From: Pseudoalteromonas translucida KMM 520
GTDB taxonomy: Bacteria; Pseudomonadota; Gammaproteobacteria; Enterobacterales; Alteromonadaceae
Length of the DNA stretch: 32,000 nt
NCBI RefSeq assembly: GCF_001465295.1
Contig: NZ_CP011034.1
Span: forward strand, 690,001-722,000
Reading direction: 5' to 3'
Part shown: positions 7,645 to 15,163 of the stretch, one piece after another
How positions within the stretch are numbered: the stretch's first letter is position 1
Layout of the letters: each line of letters opens with the position of its first letter
Notes under the pieces: generated by a model
What the model was told of the DNA's origin: nothing
What the model saw: only the letters and a program-made list of their open reading frames with translations
Database searches by the model: none
Translations under genes and position numbers: made by a program

Positions 7645-9129
7645 ATGACAATTCGCACCCGTGTTGCCCCGTCGCCAACTGGCGACCCGCATCTTGGCAC
7701 CGCTTATATCGCCTTATTTAATTACTGTTTTGCTAAACAGCAAGGTGGGGAATTTGTACTTCGCATTGAAGATACCGACCAAGTACGTAGCACTGCCGAG
7801 TCAGAGCAAGCAATTATGGATAGTTTGCGTTGGTTAGGGCTCGAGTGGGATCATGGCCCAGATGTGGGCGGTGAGTTTGGCCCGTACCGCCAGTCTGAGC
7901 GTAGCGATTTATACAAAAAATATGCACACCAACTCGTTGACGACGGCAAAGCATTTTACTGTTTTGCAACAAGCGAAGAGCTGGATAAAATGCGCGAAGA
8001 GCAAATGGCAGAAGGTCTGCGCCCTAAATACGACGGCCGTGGCTTAAACCACACAGACGACGAAATTAAAGCAAACCTAGCAGCGGGTAAACCTTACGTT
8101 ATACGTATGAAAATCCCTAGCGAAGGTACTTTTAAATTTAACGACTACCTACGCGACGAAATTGAGATCCCGTGGGAAAACGTCGACATGCAAGTGTTAT
8201 TAAAAGCTGATGGCTTCCCAACTTACTTTTTAGCGAACGTAGTTGACGACCACCACATGCAAATTAGCCATATTTTCCGTGGCGAAGAATGGATTAACTC
8301 AGCGCCTAAGCTATTAAAACTTTACGAAGATTTTGGTTGGGAAGCACCAGTACTTGGGCATTTACCGCTACTGCGTAACCCAGATAAGTCAAAACTGTCT
8401 AAGCGTAAAAACCCAACCTCTATTAATTACTATAAAGAAATGGGTTACCTGCCAGAAGCTGTGCTTAACTATTTAGGCCGTATGGGTTGGTCAATGCCAG
8501 ATGAGCGTGAAAAATTCACTCTTAACGAAATGATTGAAAACTTCGACATGAAGCGTGTATCGCTTGGTGGCCCAGTATTTGATATTGATAAACTAAGCTG
8601 GTTAAACGGTACATGGATCCGTGAAAATTTAACAGATGAAGAGCTAGTACAGCGCTTTGTTGATTGGAAGTTTAACGGCGAAATGTTGGCTAAAATATTA
8701 CCAGAAGCTAAAACGCGTATTAATACGCTTTCTGATATGGTTGAATTAGCAGGGCACTTTGTAGGCGGTATACCAACTTACGATCCGGCGCTATTAACAG
8801 CGGGTAAAGCCGACGAAAACGTTATTCGCCAAGCACTGCAATTTTTTGTATGGCAGTTAGAAGGCCTACGTAGCTTTGATAAGCCAGCTATTTTTGCCAT
8901 TGCAAAAGAAGTAGCAACGTTCCATGAGCTTAAAATTAAAGACTTTTTAGAGCCGATTTTTGTGGCAATTACGGGTAAAACGTCATCTACCTCTGTGCTT
9001 GATGCTATGGAAATATTAGGCTCTGATCTATCGCGTGCTCGTTTACGCGTAGCATTGGCGCATTTAGGTATTTCTAAAAAGCAGGCTAAAAATATCGAAC
9101 GTGCCTACCGCGAATACCCAAGTGCATAA
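7645..9129 (+). CDS. gltX: Glutamate--tRNA ligase
   Basis: [21 protein letters not shown] (HIGH-region equivalent), [18 protein letters not shown] (KMSKS). The ORF-track start at 7519 would overlap the glutaredoxin gene. The ATG at 7645 matches the canonical GltX N-terminus. Confidence 0.95.
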   Translation: MTIRTRVAPSPTGDPHLGTAYIALFNYCFAKQQGGEFVLRIEDTDQVRSTAESEQAIMDSLRWLGLEWDHGPDVGGEFGPYRQSERSDLYKKYAHQLVDDGKAFYCFATSEELDKMREEQMAEGLRPKYDGRGLNHTDDEIKANLAAGKPYVIRMKIPSEGTFKFNDYLRDEIEIPWENVDMQVLLKADGFPTYFLANVVDDHHMQISHIFRGEEWINSAPKLLKLYEDFGWEAPVLGHLPLLRNPDKSKLSKRKNPTSINYYKEMGYLPEAVLNYLGRMGWSMPDEREKFTLNEMIENFDMKRVSLGGPVFDIDKLSWLNGTWIRENLTDEELVQRFVDWKFNGEMLAKILPEAKTRINTLSDMVELAGHFVGGIPTYDPALLTAGKADENVIRQALQFFVWQLEGLRSFDKPAIFAIAKEVATFHELKIKDFLEPIFVAITGKTSSTSVLDAMEILGSDLSRARLRVALAHLGISKKQAKNIERAYREYPSA

Positions 9130-9171
9130 TTGCAGATAATAATTAACTAACTATTTTAGTTAAAACAATAT

Positions 9172-9203
9172 AAAAGCCGAGCTTAGTAATAAGCTCGGCT
9201 TTT
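9172..9203 (+). terminator. Rho-independent (bidirectional-looking) terminator after gltX
   Basis: Stem AGCCGAGCTT (9175-9184) / AAGCTCGGCT (9191-9200), 6-nt loop, flanked by an A-run upstream and TTTTAT downstream. Confidence 0.8.
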
Positions 9204-9312
9204 ATATTTCAGGTTGTTTAGTTATATGTCAGTGCGCTTTGGTATCGTAAAGCCAACCATATGCGGCTCTACTCAGTGATACAATAACTTATTAAAGAGT
9301 ATTGGAGGCGTT

Positions 9313-9612
9313 ATGATCGCTATTGTTAAAAACAAAGCCATTTTTAGTAGTCGTGTATTTTCTATAAATTTAGTTACTTACCCTACAAATCACAGCGTTA
9401 TGAACCACATTGATCCGGTGCAGCAAGGGCGCTATTACAAACTCAACTTTGTATTAGTGAAACCTAAAAGCGGTGGGGTGTTTAAATGCGCAAAATGTAT
9501 TATTAACTGGTTTAATAGAGTGTATTTATTTAGACCCGATAAGTACGAGCACAGCGTATCTAAAATCGAGTCTGGTAAGCGCGTATTGCTTAGCTTTGCG
9601 CTTAATATATAA
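9313..9612 (+). CDS. Hypothetical small protein (99 aa), no recognisable family
   Basis: GGAGG lies 4 nt upstream of the ATG. The sequence is AT-rich and K/N/F-rich, with a single CxxC (CAKC). Coding status rests only on the ORF plus the strong SD. Confidence 0.5.
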   Translation: MIAIVKNKAIFSSRVFSINLVTYPTNHSVMNHIDPVQQGRYYKLNFVLVKPKSGGVFKCAKCIINWFNRVYLFRPDKYEHSVSKIESGKRVLLSFALNI

Positions 9613-9620
9613 AGTTATTA

Positions 9621-10013
9621 TCAGTAGTCGTAGGCCTGTCCGGTGCATAAAACAGATAGGTCGCAGTACGATACAGAGGTTTCGCTACAAGAATTAATAG
9701 TAAAAGCATTTGCGCCTCTGCGCATGGCATCAGCTTTAAGTAAATCAATAGCATTTGATTTAGAGCGGTTATAGCTTACATTATTGTTACCCATACCATC
9801 GCCATCACAGCTTTCACCTGCTATTCGGCCTAAAAGTGTAGCGCCACTTTCGTGTGCTTCTTGGTCGCTGTAAAACTGCTGTAAATCTCTTTTATTAACG
9901 TAAGTGCCAATTTCTTGAGATAAAACGTCGTTGTCTATATCTGTATGAAAAGTCATGTTTGAGCAACCACTTAAAGTAGCCAGTACGGTTATTATTGCCA
10001 TAAAACGTAGCAT
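9621..10013 (-). CDS. RcsF-like outer-membrane lipoprotein
   Basis: Lipobox LATLSG|C (Cys17). C-terminal domain Cys residues at 69, 109, 117 and 123, compared with 74, 109, 118 and 124 in E. coli RcsF. The motif context is similar (G.SC..., RRGANA..., C.G.A). RBS AAAGGA upstream. Confidence 0.6.
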   Translation of the reverse strand: MLRFMAIITVLATLSGCSNMTFHTDIDNDVLSQEIGTYVNKRDLQQFYSDQEAHESGATLLGRIAGESCDGDGMGNNNVSYNRSKSNAIDLLKADAMRRGANAFTINSCSETSVSYCDLSVLCTGQAYDY

Positions 10014-10126
10014 ATTTATTAGTCCTTTAATTTATTGTTTGAAGTAGTAAATTACTAACAAAATCGAATGTGGGCAATGTTTACTACTGAGTAAATTGTT
10101 AGTGTTTGTAAATGGTTTTATATGCA

Positions 10127-10996
10127 CTAGGTTTTACTAAGCATAGGATAAGTAAATAAAAAGAAATGACAAACATTGACTAACCAATGGCATAAAATAG
10201 CCCACTCTAAACGCTGCGTTTTATAAAAAATATAGCCATACCCTAAGCCTGCAATAAATGAAACCAATACATAGTTAACTCCCCCTGCAAAATGTGCCAA
10301 AGCAAAAATACCTGCAGTAATTACAGGGGCAAGTATTGCCAAGCGGGTAGGCGTAATAATTTGGCTAAGTTTGGTTTGTAATAAGCCTCTAAATAAAGCT
10401 TCTTCAGCAACACAGGTAAATAAAAGGTTTATAGCAATAAAGGCCAACCAGAAGTCAGGAATCTTAGGGTTAAAACTTACCAGCCCAAGCATTAAAGCAA
10501 AAGTAAGAGCGGCTAAAATAGTAGCAATAATTATTAAAATAGGGTGTTTAAAATTTAGTGAAATTGTCTTTTTAGATTCTGCTTTTAAAGGCTTTTTATT
10601 TGAATAAAAGTAAGTACAAAGAAAAAGGCCAACCATAGCTTTATCAAAATTAGCATAAAGGGTAAAAGCAATTGCATCGCTGGTAATATGCTCGTTTATA
10701 GCAATAGGAAGGTTGTTAAAACCAGGTACCCAATGAAGCGCTAATGCCAATGAGGAAACTATAAAAACAGTGCTAAAAATAGCGCGTATTATTGTTTGCT
10801 TTGTATGAAGCGCAAAGTGATATAAAGCAACGTAAAGCCCAGTATTGAGCAGTCCATATAAATTTATATACCCCTCAAAATACGCACATATAACACTTAA
10901 AGCCATTAAGTAGTACCAAAGTGGTTGCCGTATTATTGATACTTTACAGTACGGAAAAATACATATAATCGATAATGCTAATAAATAAAAAGTCAT
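10127..10996 (-). CDS. CPBP-family intramembrane glutamic endopeptidase (CAAX protease / Abi family)
   Basis: Polytopic membrane protein carrying the CPBP motifs EEALFRGLL, FALAHF and HWLVN. Confidence 0.85.
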   Translation of the reverse strand: MTFYLLALSIICIFPYCKVSIIRQPLWYYLMALSVICAYFEGYINLYGLLNTGLYVALYHFALHTKQTIIRAIFSTVFIVSSLALALHWVPGFNNLPIAINEHITSDAIAFTLYANFDKAMVGLFLCTYFYSNKKPLKAESKKTISLNFKHPILIIIATILAALTFALMLGLVSFNPKIPDFWLAFIAINLLFTCVAEEALFRGLLQTKLSQIITPTRLAILAPVITAGIFALAHFAGGVNYVLVSFIAGLGYGYIFYKTQRLEWAILCHWLVNVCHFFLFTYPMLSKT

Positions 10997-11109
10997 TATT
11001 TTTTTATTACTCTGTTTTATTTAGTTACTAATCTAACAGATTCGACCTCTCATTTTATTTTTTCTGTTAGTATAGCTAGGTTATAAGCCGTTTAAGTAGT
11101 GAACACCCT

Positions 11110-11811
11110 ATGTTAAGTCCTTTTTATCAGCAACATGCTGATTATGTTTCGATCTCTCGTGAGCAAGGCTGTCGTTTCGCCAAGTGTATTGCTGATGATT
11201 ACAACCCACTTCACGATAAAGATGCGAAGAAATTTTGTGCTCCAGGAGACTTACTTTTTTCATTAGTATTAGACCGTTACGGTATTAGTGAACGTATGGA
11301 GTTTACTTTTGCGGGTATGGTTGACGAAAATACCAAACTTAGCTTTCCAGCAGAGGCCGATGAGTTTGATGTAACAAACGGCGATAAAGTAATTTTAAAG
11401 GTAAAACGCGAAGGTAAAACTAGCAAATGCCCAGCACTTACTAATAGCTTAATTAAAAATTATGTTGAGTTTTCAGGCGCGGCGTTTCCGCACGTGATTA
11501 TTCCGCTCATGGGTAAGCAAGAGGTAATGATTAACCCTGCACGCCCAATGATCATTTACGAGTCGATGATTATAAATCTTGATACTGTTGAAATTAGTGC
11601 ACCGACACTTGAATTTGCAGAGCCTAGTTTTGAATACGCAGGTAAACGCGGCAAAATTACTTTGCGTTTTAATTTGCTAGAAAACGGCAAAAAAGTGGGC
11701 TTTGGTGAAAAGCACATGGTGGTATCGGGTATTCGTGAGTACTGCCAAGCTACGGTTGACGATTTAATTGCTTTTTACAACGAGCGCAAAGCAAATTTAA
11801 AACCAGCTTAA
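11110..11811 (+). CDS. Conserved hypothetical protein with hot-dog/MaoC-like D-x-N-P-L-H motif (possibly DUF3581-type)
   Basis: 233-aa ORF containing ADDYNPLHD near the N-terminus. Family assignment is from memory only. Confidence 0.7.
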   Translation: MLSPFYQQHADYVSISREQGCRFAKCIADDYNPLHDKDAKKFCAPGDLLFSLVLDRYGISERMEFTFAGMVDENTKLSFPAEADEFDVTNGDKVILKVKREGKTSKCPALTNSLIKNYVEFSGAAFPHVIIPLMGKQEVMINPARPMIIYESMIINLDTVEISAPTLEFAEPSFEYAGKRGKITLRFNLLENGKKVGFGEKHMVVSGIREYCQATVDDLIAFYNERKANLKPA

Positions 11812-11827
11812 AAACGAGACGAATTTT

Positions 11828-11853
11828 AAAAGGCGCTATTTAGCGCCTTTTTT
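11828..11853 (+). terminator. Rho-independent terminator
   Basis: AAAAGGCGCT (11828-11837) / AGCGCCTTTT (11842-11851) with a 4-nt loop and a T-run. Confidence 0.8.
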
Positions 11854-11968
11854 ATTGGCACAAATAAAAGCAGATAAATACGATTAAATAGTTTTCTCAA
11901 GCACTCTAATTTACGGCATGAGTGAATGTGAGTACAATAGCGCTCTTTGTCACTTTAAAGCTAAGCCT

Positions 11969-13216
11969 ATGTCTGCCACTACATTCTCATCACTTAATCT
12001 CGACCCGTTATTATTAACTGCGATTGAGCAAAATAACTACACTCAACCTACCGCAATTCAGATTAAAACCATCCCGCCTATTTTAGCGGGCAGTGATGTA
12101 ATGGGCAGTGCACAAACTGGCACAGGTAAAACCGCAGCGTTTGTACTACCACTACTACACAAGCTTTTAAACACCCCTAAAAAAGATGAGCTAGGTGTTG
12201 CTCGCGTGGTAATTTTAACGCCAACTCGCGAGCTTGCTCAGCAAGTATTTGCCAGCTTTGAAAAATACGCCCAAGGCACCAATATTAAAGGTGCATTAGC
12301 GTATGGCGGCGCAAGCATAGGCCCACAAATAAAAGCCCTAAAAGATGCACAAGTAATAGTAGCCACCCCGGGGCGCTTACTCGATCATATTGTTAAAGGC
12401 AGCGTAGTGCTTTCAAGTGTTGACTCACTGGTATTTGATGAAGCCGATCGTATGCTTGATATGGGCTTTATTGACGAAATTAAACGTATATTGCGCCATA
12501 TTCCAGGCGATCGCCAAACTTTGTTATTTTCGGCGACTTTTGACGACAGCGTATTTGCGCTTAGTAAAAAGCTACTTAAAAACCCAGAATTAGTTGAAGT
12601 TGATAAACGCAATTCAGCAGCAGTTGAGGTTGAGCAAGTAATTTACTCGGTAGACGAGGATCGCAAGCGCGAGCTGGTATCGCACATGATTGGCATGAAA
12701 AATTGGCGCCAAGTGCTTATTTTTACCCGCACCAAACAAATGGCCGACCAACTGGCTAAAGAAATGTGTAAAGACGGTTTAAAAACCGAGTCTATCCATG
12801 GTGATAAATCACAAGGCGCACGCGACCGCGCACTACAAAACTTTAAAGAAGGCATTACCCGTGTATTAGTTGCCACCGATGTAGCCGCACGTGGTTTAGA
12901 TATTCCAACACTTAGGTTTGTAATTAACTTTGAACTGCCATACATAGCCGAAGATTATGTACATCGCATTGGCCGTACAGGTCGCGCTGGTGAGCAAGGG
13001 CTTGCAATGTCGTTAGTAAGTATTGACGAGCAATGGTTACTTGAAGAAATAGAAGTGCTGCTAGATACCCGCTTAACGCCACAGTGGCTAGCAGGCTACG
13101 AGCCAGATCCTAACAAAAAGCCAAAAGATAACCGCAAAAACACCAATAAATCGCGAAAAGACCGTGATAAAAAACGCATTACTGGGCAAAGAGAGCCAAG
13201 TAGAAGACGTAAATAA
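11969..13216 (+). CDS. rhlE: DEAD-box ATP-dependent RNA helicase, RhlE-like, with basic C-terminal tail
   Basis: F...L Q-motif region, AQTGTGKT, PTRELA, DEAD, SAT, HRIGRTGRAG, and a K/R-rich tail. The ATG at 11969 (MSATTFSSLNL) is preferred over the ORF-track start at 11918. Confidence 0.88.
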   Translation: MSATTFSSLNLDPLLLTAIEQNNYTQPTAIQIKTIPPILAGSDVMGSAQTGTGKTAAFVLPLLHKLLNTPKKDELGVARVVILTPTRELAQQVFASFEKYAQGTNIKGALAYGGASIGPQIKALKDAQVIVATPGRLLDHIVKGSVVLSSVDSLVFDEADRMLDMGFIDEIKRILRHIPGDRQTLLFSATFDDSVFALSKKLLKNPELVEVDKRNSAAVEVEQVIYSVDEDRKRELVSHMIGMKNWRQVLIFTRTKQMADQLAKEMCKDGLKTESIHGDKSQGARDRALQNFKEGITRVLVATDVAARGLDIPTLRFVINFELPYIAEDYVHRIGRTGRAGEQGLAMSLVSIDEQWLLEEIEVLLDTRLTPQWLAGYEPDPNKKPKDNRKNTNKSRKDRDKKRITGQREPSRRRK

Positions 13217-13262
13217 CAGTTTTCAGTTTTTAGCTATCAGCTGTCAGTAAAAAAGAGCTCAA

Positions 13263-13290
13263 CACGGCGTTAAATTTAGCGCCGTGGTTT
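13263..13290 (+). terminator. Probable terminator after the helicase gene
   Basis: Stem CACGGCG (13263-13269) / CGCCGTG (13280-13286), followed by a weak T tract (GTTT). Confidence 0.5.
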
Positions 13291-13451
13291 GCTGCATATT
13301 CTTAACTCACTACCTCTACCAGTTAGTTCTTTTTAGCACACAGCTTAATAGTTAAGTCATTGTATTGTTTACATGGAATTAATAAAGTGTAATTATTTTA
13401 CCGAGAATGAAATCAGATGATTAAAACGTAAAATATAAAAAGGAAGTAAAT

Positions 13452-13778
13452 ATGGATTATCTTAATTGGTTGAAAAAGGAATATTCTGGGTCAGTTAATG
13501 TATCAGACGAAACTATTAATGACTATATAAACTCAGCAAAAATGGACTCTCAGCTATTTAGAGAGTTTATCAAAGTCTTAGGATTTTTAATTTTTGTGGT
13601 TCCATTCAATTTGTATCTATCTATTTCAGAGGTGGTCACTTTTAATAGTATTTACTATTGGCTTATTGTGATCTTTTCGAGTTTTATTGGAGTTCTTGTT
13701 GCATTATATTGCGAGCAAACCTTAATTAAAAAACAGCTGAAAAAAACAATCAATGCTAAACATTTAAATAAAATATAA
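13452..13778 (+). CDS. Hypothetical small membrane protein (108 aa, two predicted TM helices)
   Basis: RBS AAAGGAAG lies upstream of the ATG. There are two hydrophobic stretches (VLGFLIFVVPFNLYL and YYWLIVIFSSFIGVLVALY). The gene sits in a visibly AT-rich stretch. Confidence 0.55.
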   Translation: MDYLNWLKKEYSGSVNVSDETINDYINSAKMDSQLFREFIKVLGFLIFVVPFNLYLSISEVVTFNSIYYWLIVIFSSFIGVLVALYCEQTLIKKQLKKTINAKHLNKI

Positions 13779-13807
13779 TTAAAAAATTTACTGAGTAACT
13801 ACGTTAC

Positions 13808-13837
13808 AAAAATAAAAAGGCAAGCCATAGGGCTTGC
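13808..13837 (-). terminator. Rho-independent terminator, oriented for the minus-strand MTHFR-like gene
   Basis: Stem GGCAAGCC (13819-13826) / GGCTTGCC (13830-13837), 3-nt loop. The T-run follows the hairpin only on the minus strand (plus-strand AATAAAAA at 13811-13818). Confidence 0.7.
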
Positions 13838-13887
13838 CAAAGAGTGTAAATACTAACTTGCTTATTCTGTGTAATTTATCATGATTG

Positions 13888-13929
13888 CTCGAACCTCGAA
13901 CCTCGAACCTCGAACCTCGAACCTCGAAC
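13888..13929. repeat. Heptanucleotide microsatellite (CTCGAAC)x6
   Basis: Six perfect tandem copies, read directly from the sequence. The next unit degenerates (CCCGCAA). The repeat lies between the stop codon at 13937 and the terminator at 13837, so it falls in the 3' UTR of the minus-strand gene. Confidence 0.97.
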
Positions 13930-13936
13930 CCCGCAA

Positions 13937-14902
13937 TTAAGCTATCAGTTTCTCCGCAAGGTTCAATTCCATGATAGCTTTTAATAAGCGGTATAAGTTA
14001 ATTGATGCGTCAATTTCTTCTTTACGGTTAGTTAAGCTTTCTATATTTAAGCCCAGCGGCACATTTAGGTGCGCACAGCTTTTAAGTATTAAGTCGAGAT
14101 TTTCGCGACAAATGCGTACCGATTCGCTTAAGGTATTCTCTGCATCAAGCATGCGCCATTTTGTAGCTTCTGGCACTGAGATACCCAACCATTGCATAAA
14201 CTCTAAGGTTTTTTCGCCGCCGCACGGAGTAAAAGTTAAAATAAGGCGCTTAGGCTCAAGCCCTTGTGCTTTACAACTACGTGCATAGCTAGTAATTAAC
14301 TCGATTGTTGCTTGTGCGTCGTAAACCGCTTGCGAAATAAAGAACTTACAGCCTTGGGCGGTTTTTTCTATTAGGCGTTCGTGTTCATTACGTTTATTAG
14401 AATGGCGCTCGGCAATAGTAACGCCGCCTAAAAAGAAGTCATCAGATTGCTCTGCCAGCGTTTTATACGCATCGGGTAAGCTTAGCTTTATATCGCCTAT
14501 CGATGATGGGCTACCTACTAAAACAATATTTTTTAAATCGTAGTCGTTTTTAGTTTCACTTAGCCAATCTTTAAACTCGCTCGCACTGCGTTGCGCCACA
14601 CTTTTATAGGTAATTACATCAAGGTGCGATAAGCCACGTAATAGGTTGCTATATTCACGTGGATCGACAGTTTGTCTAAATGGAAACGGACGCGCTTGAT
14701 TAGTGCGGCTGCTTTCGTCTTGAATGTCGTAAATTATTACGCCGTCGTATTCAATTTCGTGTAGGCGACCTAATAGCTTTTCTGCAATGGTTTTTAATTG
14801 CGCTTTATCGGTACCAATTTTTGGCGGCGTTGTACCAATAAGGTATACGCCTTGATTGCTATCTTCTATTTTCTCTTGAAGTGATAAAGCCATAATCCTC
14901 AT
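13937..14902 (-). CDS. Methylenetetrahydrofolate reductase-like protein (divergent MetF family)
   Basis: Pattern-level similarity to MetF. TTPPKIG compares with FFPPRT, and FFISQAVYD...ELITSY compares with AITQFFFD...YLRF. The TIM-barrel-like alternation is also present. The start is M1 (14902) or M4 (14893). Assignment is moderate. Confidence 0.6.
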   Translation of the reverse strand: MRIMALSLQEKIEDSNQGVYLIGTTPPKIGTDKAQLKTIAEKLLGRLHEIEYDGVIIYDIQDESSRTNQARPFPFRQTVDPREYSNLLRGLSHLDVITYKSVAQRSASEFKDWLSETKNDYDLKNIVLVGSPSSIGDIKLSLPDAYKTLAEQSDDFFLGGVTIAERHSNKRNEHERLIEKTAQGCKFFISQAVYDAQATIELITSYARSCKAQGLEPKRLILTFTPCGGEKTLEFMQWLGISVPEATKWRMLDAENTLSESVRICRENLDLILKSCAHLNVPLGLNIESLTNRKEEIDASINLYRLLKAIMELNLAEKLIA

Positions 14903-14945
14903 TCCAGCTTAGTTTGTTACGATGGAATCAATATAGCAGCCATTT

Positions 14946-14961
14946 AGACGGCTAGATAGCT
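14946..14961. promoter_or_regulatory. Two tandem MetJ-box-like octamers upstream of the MTHFR-like gene
   Basis: AGACGGCT AGATAGCT compared with the met-box consensus AGACGTCT gives 7/8 and 5/8 matches. The pair lies 44-59 nt upstream of the start codon. Confidence 0.35.
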
Positions 14962-15163
14962 TTATTTAATGAAAGTTTTTCAATCATAGTGAGGTTTATT
15001 CATACAAGGTCCTTACAAATTAGTAAATTTGATACAGTTGTTTACATAATAACAACGCTTTAGGCTCTTATTATTGGCGGCTTTGCGGCATAATCAGATG
15101 GTAATTTTATTAAACTAGCTCAACGTTTAGCGATTAAAATTGATTGCTATAAAAGGAAAAACA

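Noticed and set aside
9473-9697. 74-aa plus-strand ORF spanning the junction of the 99-aa ORF and the RcsF-like gene
   Set aside because: It overlaps two better-supported ORFs in other frames and strands, and has no RBS.
13888-13929. Heptamer array considered as a CRISPR array or a phase-variation switch
   Set aside because: The units are contiguous 7-mers with no spacers, so this is not a CRISPR array. The array lies in a 3' UTR rather than in a coding region or promoter spacer, so classical on/off phase variation is not supported.
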